A stretch of 63,845 nucleotides of DNA, the filler included, from Reticulomyxa filosa (taxonomy: Eukaryota; Protista; Foraminifera): the NCBI GenBank assembly GCA_000512085.1. It is 14 parts of 14 records of this genome, joined end to end, with 100 filler letters (N's around TTAATTAATTAA, not from the genome) between each part and the next. Parts side by side here need not be neighbours in the genome. Positions count along the whole stretch, not along the records: positions 41,121 to 46,521 come from ASPP01020907.1; positions 46,622 to 49,390 come from ASPP01011850.1; positions 49,491 to 60,041 come from ASPP01020376.1; 11 more parts are not named here. One strand, written 5' to 3'. Numbering within the stretch: position 1 is the first letter of the stretch; every line of letters begins with the position of its first letter. Shown piece after piece: positions 41,649 through 54,586 of this stretch. Under the pieces are notes generated by a model. That model did not search any database and was not told the origin of the DNA. It saw nothing but the letters and a program-made list of their open reading frames with translations. The position numbers and the translations under genes were made by a program.

Positions 41649-42250
41649 ATTGTCAACAGTACCTCTATCGAACCTTGTAGTTCCTTCATCCAACGATATA
41701 TTTACTTGATCTTTTTTTTTCCCCCCCTCCTTCTTTTTTCTCTTAAAGTTGTTACTTGTTTATTATGTCAAGCAAATCGACTCATCGCTATTGTAAGTTG
41801 GTGTTCTTGTTTGTATTGACTAATTTTGTGGGGATTACCTAGTTTTGACTTCAACAAACTTTAACCGTTATGTACTACTTATTCAACCAGAACATTTGTT
41901 CGAATTCTACTTATTCCTCCGCGCTCCATATTTCTAACTTTCTTTTATCGTTTATTTGCGTTTTTTTTCCTTGTAATTTCAACTTTAAGCTTTCTTGTAT
42001 GTAGCACTGCCCATGTATTCTAATGCTCGAGGATTTCATTCACACAACTTTAAAGAGAGACCACAAAAAAAGAAAAATCAAATACTGTATTCTTCACAAA
42101 ATACTTCTTCAACTACATGATTGCAACGGCAAAGTGAAATCTTTAAATATGCAAAGATCCAAAAATGCACTGCCGTTTGGCAAGTGTGTTCATATTCTGG
42201 GGCAAGATTTTCTGCTTTTCTTGTCACATCATAGATTGCTTTCGTCAATT

Positions 42251-44354
42251 ATGACAGATCTTTCTTTCATCACTCCTTTTGTGCTTGCAACAATAGGCAT
42301 TTATTGCACAAAATTTGTGCAACTGAAAAGTGATTATTGGAGTGAGCACCATATTCACTTTGTTATTCTGTTGTTAGTGGTGCTACACTTGAAAAGTAGG
42401 CTGGGATGGAATTTGTTTGTTGAAAAGAAAATGGTGGACAATAACCCTGAGACAACAAAGAAATTTTATCGCTTTCAGGGATCATATGTGTTAATATTCT
42501 TGACCGTGATGTTAGCAGATTGGATGCAAGTTTGGTCTGTGATGACATAATTTGAATTAAATTGGTTGTTTCATTCCTTCAAACAAACAAACAAACAAAC
42601 AAACAAAAACATACATTACCTACGTACATAACCTACAAACAAACAATGAATAAATCACAATGAAAAGGGCCCTTATGTATATCGCTTGTATGATGCGTAC
42701 GGCTACTCGCAAGAAGCAATAGCTCTGTTGTTCGTGGTAGGATTCGGAACAGCGGGTGTGTTCGGAGCAATAGTTGGAGGGTTAACCGATCGGTTCGGTC
42801 GTAAGCTGACATGCATCTTATTTTGTATATTGTACGCGATTTCCTGCGCAACCAGACACTACTCGAACTTTACCATCCTAATGTTTGGCCGGTAAGTGCG
42901 AATGGAAGAGGAAGAGGAAGAGGAAGGAGTGGAATGTACTTTGTGTTATAGTCAACTCTGTATTTCATGTGTATGTGTATGTGTATGTGTATTTGTATGA
43001 AAATGAAAACAAAGCTTCTTGGGTGGTGTTTCGACTGCGATATTATTTTCAGGATTCGAATCTTACATGGTGACGCATCATCATATGTGCCATTTTCCGT
43101 CACATTTATTGGGAGATACGTTTCAATTGGCATGGGGCTGGAACTCGATCGTGGCGGTTATGGCGGGTGTCATTACATCGACCGTAGTACATTATTATTC
43201 GACTTACAAACTGTTCCCGAACACACCCCCAGAGGTGGGAGCCTTTGACTGTAGTATTGTGGCATTGCTCCTCGCCATGATTTTCATACTGTTGCAATGG
43301 GAAGAAAATTATGGCGATACCACTTTGAACGTCACCGCTACCATTCGAAAGTCAATCCAAGCGTTTCGAAGCAATCGGAAGATTCTTTTGTTGGGTATCA
43401 TCCAAAGTGGATTTGAGAGCTCCATGTATCTGTGTTATGTGTTAAACAACATTTGGTCAAACATATTCATTCATACAAATAATTGGCTCTGTTCACTTAC
43501 TCGTCGTCTTAGGAGGAGAGGAGGGGGGGGGAGGGAGAGTGATATCTTTTTTTTTTTTGATATTGTTGTTTGTGAAATAAATTTTGAAATGAAAATAGTT
43601 GTGTTCATGTGGAGTCCTACCTTGGAACAAGTTGCTGGTGATTCGTCCCGAGTTGACCATGGGTGGATATTTGCTAATTTCATGCTGTGTTGTTTGATTG
43701 GAAATGACGTATATGGAGGATTGACGAAACAATTAAATTGGTCTATCGAATTCATCTGCTTTATTCTTTGTCTTGGGTCAGGTATGTCACCAACAAATTC
43801 CTCACTTCACTACTATAATCCACACAAACAATCCTTGTGTAAGCAAAATATGCTATAGACCAGCAATTCGAATAGTAACTTGCTTGGCTTGTACGTTTGA
43901 CATGTGAATAGCCATTTGCATGTTGGCTGTAATGATACCCAGCTATGAAATCAGATTGTTAGCGTTTTTCACATTTGAATTCTTTGTTGGTCAATGGTTT
44001 CCAACAATTGGAATGTTACGTGGTCGATATGTCGATGACGAAGTTTTGTTTTAGGACATCTTCACACTTCCTTCTTTACTTTGGATTATTATTATTAACA
44101 ATGCATTGAATGTGAATATAATAATAAAGATCAGAGCCACTGTAATGAACATTTTCCGCATTCCCTTGAACTTAACTGTTGTAATTGTGCTACGAAAAAT
44201 TACAGCACTTAGCCCATATGTGTGGTATTTGAATACATTGCTATTGGGGTTTTCGGCAGCAACAGCATATTATTTGGGGCAGTTGAAACATTCTGACAGT
44301 GGTAATGCAAAACATGTATCTCGCAAGAAAAAAAAACAAGTCAAAACACAGTGA
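42251..44354 (+). CDS. MFSD5: MFSD5/MOT2-family molybdate-anion transporter (MFS), multi-exon
   Basis: ADWMQ|GPYVYRLYDAYG, DRFGRK, LMFGR|LLGGVSTAILFSGFES, WEENYGD, FESSMY..VFMWSP and RATVMNIFRIPLN. Confidence 0.92.
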
Positions 44355-44985
44355 TAAAGCTCTCACTAGTCATGTCGAGCAATTGAATCAACAGTTCAAA
44401 CGACTCACTCTTCCAAGCTGAATTATTTCATTGTTCTACTCCAATGTAATCACAAATATAACAAGTTTAAATTGAGCTTTGATTACGAAAACATCGAAGA
44501 ACAAATTTTCATTTTTACTTGTGATTTTTTTTAAAGTTGTTTTTGTAGTATTTTTATTTTTTTGATGTCATTTGCAAAGACTTGTCATTCTTACTAAAAA
44601 GAAAAATGTGTTATTAGTAGGTATGCCAAATTTTGTGCAATAGCATCAAAAAAATAAATTCATTGACAATAGCGAAAATTTTCACAAAAAAAGACAAACC
44701 AAAATTGAAAAACAAACAAACTAAGAATTCCAATATAATTCTCACTTGAGCACACTTTTTTTCAAAGACCGCACGCTGAAACAATAAAGCATGCATAAAC
44801 TTTAACGTACACTAACCACCAAATAATGCAAATCTGTTTCATTTTATACTTGCATTATGTTTCAAGATAAAAAAACAGAACAGTCAATTCGCAGTTTAGG
44901 TATATTTGGCATCAACAACATCTCGCGGTAAAACACAGACAAACACAAAAAAAGTATTTTTTCCTTTATTTTTATTTCAAAATTG

Positions 44986-46475
44986 TCATTTTTGTCTTGA
45001 AGCCGCTGACTGTCGTTCCTTGGCAGACGTTTCCCAGTATCTGTGCTGTAGAACTTCTTCAGCGGTGATGCGATCAGCTGCAAACCACTTCAACATCCGT
45101 TGGATTAAATCAAACAGATCGACATGTTCCGGCTTTTTGAAATCGAAATACGTCTAAAAATGTATCAAGCCCATGTGCAAAGAAGAGGATTAAAAAAGGG
45201 AACAAAATGAACCTCCAAAAAAAAAAAAATATGTATACATATATAAATATAAGTATATATATGAAGAGAAACTCCAAGACTTCGGGATTGAACACGGCTT
45301 CGTTTGGCATCTTCCATTCGCAAAGACATAGTTTCAATATGGAACAGTTCTTCAGCTTTTTCATCAGGGGCCAAGTCAATTAATTTCTGTGGGATTTCTC
45401 CAATCATTATTTGCATTTGATTTAAATGATCAATGGAGCAGTGAGTATTAAACACCATTGATCCATGCAAAAACTCTAAAATGACGCATCCAATGGACCA
45501 AATATCTACGGGTCGTTTCCAAGGCATTTCCAACACAACTTCAGGAGCACGATAATGTCGAGTTTGAATGAGATAAGTATAACCATCTCGAAATTTCCAC
45601 GATGCCTTATTGTTTGGATCATACTTGGGTTCGTACACCGCGCTGCCAAAGTCCACTATTTTTATGCGAGTGTCTATTGGATAATATTGCACTTTCTATC
45701 GCAATTCAAACCAGTACACCAACATTAATCCAGTGTCACGATTAACCGTACATATATATTCAATAAATATATTTAAAAAAAAAAAAAATAAACAAATAAA
45801 TAAATATTTGTATGTATTATACACGAAACATTTCCCGCAGTAGTGACTTCTTTCGTGCGCCCATCCACAAATACAATATTTTCTGGCTTCAAATCAGTGA
45901 ATATAATGTCCATTTGATGTAAGACTGAATAGTGTTTCCACACACACACACACACACGTCAATGTTTGTTGTTATTATTATAATATATTTGTTTGTAGCA
46001 TTTGTAAAGTTTTGTTTTGTGTCGAAAATGGAAAACCAAACAGTGAATTGCTGTGCATATTTGTGCAGCCAAGTCTCGGACAATCGTGTCTGGAAATGGA
46101 CGATAGCGATTTTTGGACATGATCGCATAAATGGACGGGCCATACAATCTGAAAACCAAGCAAGGATGGCCATTCCATGTAAAGAATTCCTTCAAGTGAA
46201 TGCAACAGCTACACAAACAAGCAAACAAACAGCACAGTACTCTTATTCATCATTCGTCATGTCGTCCTCTTCTCTCTAATACATATGTATACACGTGGGT
46301 ATATGTATACACATATACTTATATATGCATATATACAGTATGCGCGACTTACCTTTGTCCATCGTCTGAATTGGTGATATGTTGCAATATCTTCAGTTCT
46401 GTCTTAGCCGCTTCAATATATCGGCTTGAGTTTCGAATTACCTTCACTGCAACGTGTCTATTTTCGTCGCCAGCC
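44986..46475 (-). CDS. CLK/LAMMER-like CMGC protein kinase; 5' truncated, multi-exon
   Basis: VAVKVIRNSSRYIEAAKTE, FTWNGHPCLVF, FTDLKPENI, IKIVDFGSA, IQTRHYRAPEVVL, DIWSIGC, DHLNQMQIMIG and DRITAEEVLQH. Stop at 44986-44988. Confidence 0.9.
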
Positions 46476-46508
<33 letters not shown>

Positions 46509-46631
46509 TATACATATATAANNNNNNNNNNNNNNNNNNNNNNNNNNNNNNNNNNNNNNNNNNNNTTAATTAATTAANNNNNNNNNNNNNNNNNNNNNNN
46601 NNNNNNNNNNNNNNNNNNNNNTTTTTTTTTT

Positions 46632-46666
<35 letters not shown>

Positions 46667-46739
46667 ATATGTTTGTTTGATTGCTCTTTGAAACAAACTT
46701 GATTGTAAAAATGACAATATAATGTGTGTAAACAATCCC

Positions 46740-49390
46740 ACGCATTAGAATGCGAGAGAAGACAGTCTGATAGTCGACCCAGTAATCAAATTGGTGGAAT
46801 CGATTTGCGAAGTGGACTCATTCTTCCCGTTGCGTCATCAAATTGCATCCAAAAAAAGCTCTCAAAGTCCATCAAAGCAACAGAAGACCAAACAAGTCCG
46901 CGAAAGCGCAAAAGTGAATTCGGTTGCAAGTCCGTCGCTTTCGGCGGCCAATGAAGCATCGCCGCCGATCATGTCGCAGCCCCCTGACATACCTGTGCCG
47001 GACCCTATTAACGAAGCTCTCGACGTGATGGATCGTCTGTTGGACGAAGCACTGGCGAGACCAGCGCCGGTGGGAGACAATGCCGCCATCAACTTCTCGG
47101 AGCCCAATCACAACGCGATATTTGCGCCACAGCAGCCTCAAAGTGTACGCAGTCGAAGTCGCAGTCGATCTCGGTCACGCTCCAGATCACGCTCCCATTC
47201 GCGCTCGCGCTCACGTTCCCGTTCCCGCTCACGTTCGCGCTCTCGTTCGCTCAACGTGGCAGGTCGAAATGCAAACGAAGCAGCTGTCGCAGAGAGGCCT
47301 GAGGCAAATGAAGAGGACGATGACGACGATGATGATGACGATGATGATGAGGAAGCAGAGCGAGAACGCGAGGAGGAAGAAGATGAAGAAGCAGAAGCTG
47401 AGGCTGATGCAGAGCCAGAAGAGAGAGCGAGAAATGACGCAGATATAGAGATAGCAGTCGACCCATTCCAAAATAGACAAGAGGATGCTATTGTCGTTCC
47501 TAGGAATGAAAATGCTGAAGAAGATGCGGAAGCACATGACGAACCCAATCAACAAGATGAACCGATTGCTCCTGAATTGGTCGACGAAATTATTCCTCAT
47601 GACAATGTCCCCGAGTTGCAGGGAGAGCAAGAAGATAGACAGCCATTAGCTCAAGGACACGCTCAATTGGAAATTGCAGAGGATGACATCAACTTGGTAT
47701 ATTGTTACACTAAAAATAAATACAAATGAAGATTTATATATGTTTTCTAACAAAAAATTTGTCTTCTTTTTTTTTTTAAAAAAAAAAAAGGGTTGGCCGA
47801 TCGCCTGGGAGCATCGGGCGGAGATGATGCACCTTTACGTTGGTCCGAGGCAAGAGAAGATATTCCGGAATGGGATAACCTATTCAATGCAATTGAGGAA
47901 GAGGATGACTTGGACGAGGACGATCGAATCCCCTCTGCGTTTGATGCAATGATACGCAGAGGCCAGCCAAACATTCGAGAAGAAGTCGGCGATCTCTACA
48001 ACGTAAACCCACTCCGACAACGCTTTGCTCTTTCAGCTGTCCGAAGGGCATTGCGAATGAATGTAAACATGCCTGTCAATGCAAACGACGCGTTGCTTAG
48101 CAATGCTGGTGCCGTCTATCAAAGAGTAGATCCATTGAACGAATTCATGGCAAGTGATATCGTTGGCTTTAACGCTTTAAATCGAATGCCTCAAGTGGCC
48201 CCGCGTTATTTGTTTGGTATGTTGTATTGTATTTTCCTTTTTGTCGTTCTTTGATGGGGATATATATGTATATATGTGTATATATGTATGTTGTGTGTGT
48301 GTGATTTGTAAGCGCAAGCGCCCTTGAATGAAGGCAATGGGTCCTCCAGTTCCACATTGTTCTATCGTGCTAATGGAAACGAGCCAGAAGCCAGTCGTCC
48401 ACGCTCTTCATTGGCAATTAATCGTTTGATTGAAGTGCCCCCTCGCTCTTATTTCAATAGCAATGATGCCCAAAACTCGTTGTTCCAAGCCCCACCACTG
48501 GATCGCATTGCCCCATCCTCGGCTCAAAACCAACTTTTGTCAAGGAGTCGCCGCAATCAAAATGTAGGCTTGGATGCCATGCAAACGCAAGTGAATAACA
48601 ACTGGGGTCTTCTCACACACAGAATTGAACCTGATCTGACCAATGTGGAAAGACAATTGCACAGTCTATCGATTCAAGACGAGCCTGTCCTGCCCTCGTC
48701 TTCAAGGAATGTGTCTTCCGCGTCTGTCCCACCTGTTGCTTCCATTAATGCTAACAGTGGTATTCTTCATTTCATTTTTTAATTCTATCATTTTGCATTT
48801 TTGAATCATTTTGTTTTGTCGTGAACATGGGGAACAACACACAAACACACACACACACCAAAGCCCTGTCTAGTGCAATGGACTCTGTTCTCGGCAATCG
48901 CATTGCTCGAAACAACAGCTTTGGAATTCCTGCACAGTCATCAGCGCCGTTGGAGATCATTGCCGATACAACGCAACCCCAATCCCAATCCCAATCCCAA
49001 TCCCAGCCCCCCGAAGTGCAACAGCCACAACAACCAGAATCTCAGCCACAGTCCCAACCACAAGGAGCTCAAGTGGAAGCTCAGATAGAAGTGCAAGCAC
49101 CAGTGCAAATACCAGCACAAGCGCCAGTACAAGTACCAGCACAAGCACAAGCACCGGTACAAGAACCAGTACAACCGGCACCAGCACCAGCACCAGCACA
49201 GTCACAACAGCCACAGCATCAAGCAGAAGCTCAACCTGCATCACAGTCTTTTGAACCACAGCAACTGACAGAAATGGAAATGCTTGATGACGAGCTTGAT
49301 GATTACAAGGAAGCTGCAGCTGCAGTAAGTGAAGCGCTGGCGCAAGCTTCCCAATCAACAGTGCCAGCACAGACAGCAACAACAACAACA
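46740..49390 (+). CDS. Large intrinsically disordered protein fragment (RS repeat, acidic tract, Q/P/A-rich region), multi-exon
   Basis: ORFs 46791..47729, 47793..48254, 48324..48782 and 48821 to the contig end are separated by short AT-rich introns. No folded domain recognised. Confidence 0.7.
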
Positions 49391-49586
49391 NNNNNNNNNN
49401 NNNNNNNNNNNNNNNNNNNNNNNNNNNNNNNNNNTTAATTAATTAANNNNNNNNNNNNNNNNNNNNNNNNNNNNNNNNNNNNNNNNNNNNATATTATATA
49501 ATATATATATATATATATGTATATAATTATAATCTTAAAAAAAGTCAAATTTTTAAATATATCCTTCTCTCGAAATTGAAGAAAAG

Positions 49587-52500
49587 TTAACCTCGGTCGA
49601 ACAAAGTGCTCTCATAATCGTTATTGACATTGGCTCTCATCAAAGCGATTCCGGCCCAAAAGAGGGCGGGATATTCATGCAACCTCTGTTGCTGTCGCAA
49701 GGTTTGCGCCATTTTGGACAGCGTGTCCAAGATGCGCATGCATTCGTAAAAGTCTTTGGGAACGCTTTGTTTGGTCTTTTGGTACTTGCTGGCATTGTCC
49801 CACTGTTCGATACTGCCCACCAAGGTAAGCAGCACGACCTTGACAGCGGCGTGGTTGAGCGGATTCAAGAGCTGTCGATACACGTGAAACGCGCGTTGAG
49901 AAATGTCTTGATTGGTGGACAGCACCGCCCATCGCAGAGCTTCGTATCCGATGCGATTGGTCGCCTTCAAATCGGGACTGAGCACTTGGCAATACTTGTC
50001 GATGAACACCCCGCCGTCCATGACGACGGTACCTACACGATCGACGCTAAACTGTTGTCTGGCGACGGTGTATCCTCCATCGTCGTCCCATACGAGCTGA
50101 AGATCGCGTGCTTTTAGGGCGGCCGCGACCGACGCTTCCTCGTAATTGATCTGTTCGTTTTGCAGACGGTCAAAGTCTCTGGGAGAACATAGCGTGCTCA
50201 TGATGCGCACCAATAGATGATGCAGCTGTCGGGAGTTGGAGCTGAAAGACAAAAACGTGGAGGCATATAGCACGAGCACGGGGAAATCGCGTTCTATCGG
50301 CCCGCTGTCCACACCAATGATATCCACAAGTAGAGACGCTGCTAAATCTGCACGACGTTCAATCTGTCGAGGAGACATTACATTTGTTGTCTTGGCATTC
50401 GCACTGACCTTACCAGCATTGGCATTAGTATTTGTATTTGTATTGGAATTGGAATGGGAATTGGAATTGGTATTGGTATTGGTATTGGAAGGGGTACCAT
50501 TGCCATTGCCATTGCCATTATTATCATTGACATTCGCAGATACACTGGGATGTGAACTCGTCCCATAAGCGGAAGAGTGGGACCGAGGAAGATTGGGCTC
50601 TCTTCGGGGTACAAACAAGGAATCCTCGTTCTTATCGTTATCAATGTGAGCGGCGTAGCCATAGTCCAAACTACGCTCGTCCTTGGACTCGAGACGACTA
50701 CCATCTTCCATACGCTCCTCGTAACGGGTCAGAATTTCGCCACTGCGATGGCGGATCTTCAGATTGGACGTGGTGTACTCGTTAATACCAATGGTCAGCA
50801 CGCGAAGCAAGGTGCGGACAATGTACGATGTGATGAGCTTCCTCGTCAACGTCAACGTGGGCTGGTTGGTCGACACCGAATGGATATGTGTCTTCTCCGA
50901 AGGCCCTTCGTAGATGGCAAAGATGATGTTTTTGCAAGCGGGCAAAATCTGCGTGTAAAAATGGAGCTCTGGTTTGTGCGCCTGCATCATCAACGACTCC
51001 ACGGTTTCGATCAAAAAGTCCAAGATCGCAAATAGGTTCTCGTAGCTGAATGCATTGGCCAGCTCCTTCCATACCTTTAGCAAACTAGTTTGGAACTGAT
51101 CCGTCGCCGTCGTCGTCACATGAAACAGATTGCTTAGCAACAGCAGTGTTTCATGCCCTCGCAACTTGTGTTTTTCAAAATGACCTTCGATCTTTTTCTT
51201 CTTTTTCTCCGTTTTACTTTCTTGCGTTGGATCTGGACTTTGATTTTGATTTGGAGTTGGAGTTGTTGGAGTTGGAGTTATTGTAGTTGTTATTGTTGTT
51301 ATTGTTGTTATTGTTGTTCCTGTTGTTGTTGTTGTTGTTGTTGTTCCTGTTGGTGGGGTCATTGTTGTCAACTTTTTCTTCCCTTTTTTAATTTTGATTA
51401 GGTTTTTATTTTTATGCTTGCTCTTCCTTGTGCTTCTCCTTGGCTGCGCCTCACTCGTCACTGCACGCTTCATTTCCACTTTGTGCTTTTTCCTTGGGGA
51501 CTTGGGCTTGCCGCTGGCCGCCGTGGTGATGCCGAAAGACATGGACCGGTTCAAACTAAGATCGTCGTCATCCAACTTGGCCTCCGACTCACTTACATTC
51601 GTGGACGACGCCTTAAGCAGCACAAGCGTTATTTCCTTCTCATCCTCCTCGTCGTCATCGTTGTCGTCATCATCATCGTCGTCGTCGTTGTTGTTATTGT
51701 TATTGTCATTGTCATAACTCGCTTCTTCTTCGTCTTCCTCATTGCCGTCATCTTCATCATCGTCGTCGTCTTCGTCGTCGTCATCGTCGTCGTCATCATC
51801 ATCATTATTATCGTCATTATCATCTCCCCTTTCGCGTTTGTTGATTGACAGCTCGTGCTTATCATTCTCATGGGAGTATTCGTTGTGTTTGTTTTCATTG
51901 GAGTCAATCTGTATTGCAGGACTATCTCTGCTCTTACTCTTGCGCTTGTCTTTGTTATTATTCTTATCCTTTTCCTTATTCTTATCCTTATTCTTATCCT
52001 TATTCTTATCCTTATCCTTATCTTTATCCTTTTCCTTTTCCTTTTCCTTTTGCACAGAAATGCCTTCGACAATCTCATTGGGTCGCGAGTGACGATAGTA
52101 ATACAAGTACTGCTGGTCCATGTTGGCCTTGTTTGCACAGTGCAGATGGATGACTCGAGACCAGGGCTTCAAAAACGTGGTGATCCACTCGCGACGATCA
52201 CTGGTTTCGGTGTACTTGATGGCGTCTCGAAACAGGGCCCCGCCGATGGAGGGACAGTACCTCGCGAACAGATGCGAAATGTAGCATCCATTTTTGCGCA
52301 CCCACAGACTCATCGAAGACTCGAACGCGAATTTGAACTTGTCAATCTCGTTGACGAGCGCCTGTCCCACGATAATATGAGCTAACGACCGCAGCAACAA
52401 GAAGCCACTGAAGCGGGTGTCGGGATCGGGCTCGATGATCATGATTAGTCCTAAAAAACAGCAGACGATGCGAGTATTGGAAAATATTGAATAAGAATCC

Positions 52501-54552
52501 TTCTCCAATGGGACGCTGGATTTTCCAATCGTTGTGTTGGTATCTCGACTCGACCACAGTGAGACGGTCTCCATAAAAATTGATTTCCATCACATCTACA
52601 ATTGCACGCAGGAAATACGAATGGGAGCAATAGAACGGGTTCGTCGGGTTCGTGTGCGACTCGATCGACTTTTCAATGTAAAAACTGAACAGCTGTTCAA
52701 ACTGGAACTTTAGCAACGGGGTCAATACTTCAAACGAGTTCTTTTCGGCGGCCACCAACAACTCCAACACTGTTTGATTGGGTGACTCTCCAATCTCACG
52801 CTTCAATTCCAAAGGGATGCTATTCCCACCACGCAGGAAGTTGATTACGTAGTTGTCTTGTCCTCGCAGCAACGTCGATGGCGTTGATTTGGCGGCTTTA
52901 TTATTTTCATTGAAATTCTGACTCATCTTTTTCAAATTGGAAGCAGACTTGTTCATTGATTTAACCTCTTCTTCTGTTTCTCCTGTTCCTTGTTCTTGTT
53001 CTTCCTCGCTTCCAGTGATTCCCAAATATTTGGCCGGGAACACTCGTCCCATGTTCAACAGGTATTGCAACGCGGTGAACACCGACACACTGACAGCTCG
53101 TTTGCGTTGGATGATAATCTGCGGGTCTTGCTCTTCAAAGTGCACGGAATGGATATCTTTGTCCACGTCATCAAAAAATTTCAACAGCCATAGCAACATT
53201 TGAAATCGCGTTTCTTCGTTGGTTTGATTGACATAAGGCAGCTTGTCGTACTCCACTCGATTTTGCAAGAGCGCTTTTTTATTGTGTTTAATTTTTTTAC
53301 GGAATTGGCGGATGTTATTTTGAATTTCTTCTCCGACCATTCCTTCATTTGGAAAATGCCAATAAATGTGGCGAATTGCCGGGTGCGTTCCAATTCGAGA
53401 CAGACTTCGCAAGAATAACGCATAGGTTTCGGCCAAGTCTTTTTGTGTATCGAACCATCTCATCTTCTCCATGCGATCTTGTCGGAATGCTTCCATCCGT
53501 AGCAAGTCAATGAAATCAAACATCTTCTTCACCAGTCCTTTATTGCCATGATAAATGCCCGCCGGAAATTGGTTCACTTCCTCCAATCGTCGCAATACGT
53601 ATACTATATCTTCAATAACTTTTGTGCGCCGTCTCGTGGGCGATTTCTGAAACACGTCAATGATGCTATGTAAAACCAAAGGAATAATTTCCCAATGGAT
53701 CGTCTCCAATATCTCTGCAATCACGTTTCGCAGCCATGGACTTTCCTCGTATAAACAATTCCAAAAATGGTGATTGAGATATTTCTTCAAGTCTTTTTTT
53801 GTGTCTTCAAACCATTCCCCGCCCGTCCCGCGAAATGCCGGTGGCTGATAGTATAGTCCAAAGTTGTCGGTGGTGCTTGTGACATTGCGTCTCTTGAACA
53901 AACGACTGGTGGCATTGATGGCGCCATTGGAAATCGAAAAGGGGTTTGGAATGCCTTCACCAATCAACGAGAATAGCAAGGTGTGCAAATTGATCCAATG
54001 GATTCGAAGTGGCGATTTATCTCGCCACTCTTCGGTATTACTCCATCCCGATTTGCCTTTGATATTCACCGGCGGCATGTCTCCCAGCAAGTAATAGATA
54101 AAACAAGACGCCGAATAGATCGTTTCATGCATATGTGCTTCCACCACTTTCTTGGCCAATTGCGACAATATCGTCGGTACTAATCCTTCCATACGTATCA
54201 CAGAATGAAAGCCCAAGTCTTTTTGGCGATTGATGTTTGTGCGCATTCGATTGCGTAGCAACACCACACCGCTAGATGCCAAGGACATACGTTGAAATGT
54301 CACCTCATTGCTGCGCTCGCTCTCGAATTCGCTACCATTCATTCCAGGTAGACCACTCGCCATGTCATTGTCTGCAGACATCATTCCCGACACTTCCTGA
54401 TTCACCTTCATCAGTGCCATTCGACCAATACTTCGTCCGTGGACGTGAATCAATCCACCAATGCTTTTGTTTAATGTGGACATATTATCTCCTCCGACCG
54501 CGTGCATCGATGTCTTGGAATATCCTTGTTTACTATCATCTCCAATTGATGC

Positions 54553-54586
<34 letters not shown>

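Noticed and set aside
41121-44354. ppd and MFSD5 as a functional cluster
   Set aside because: They are on the same contig and strand, but no known pathway links them and eukaryotic adjacency alone is weak evidence.
44986-49390. CLK kinase next to an RS-repeat protein as a kinase-substrate pair
   Set aside because: They are separated by the artificial linker at 46522-46621.
52342-52574. Overlapping long ORFs as overlapping genes or programmed frameshifting
   Set aside because: Removing one base from the A6 run at 52453-52458 gives a continuous HRLLFLGLIMI, consistent with homopolymer error, as at ~90 and ~273.
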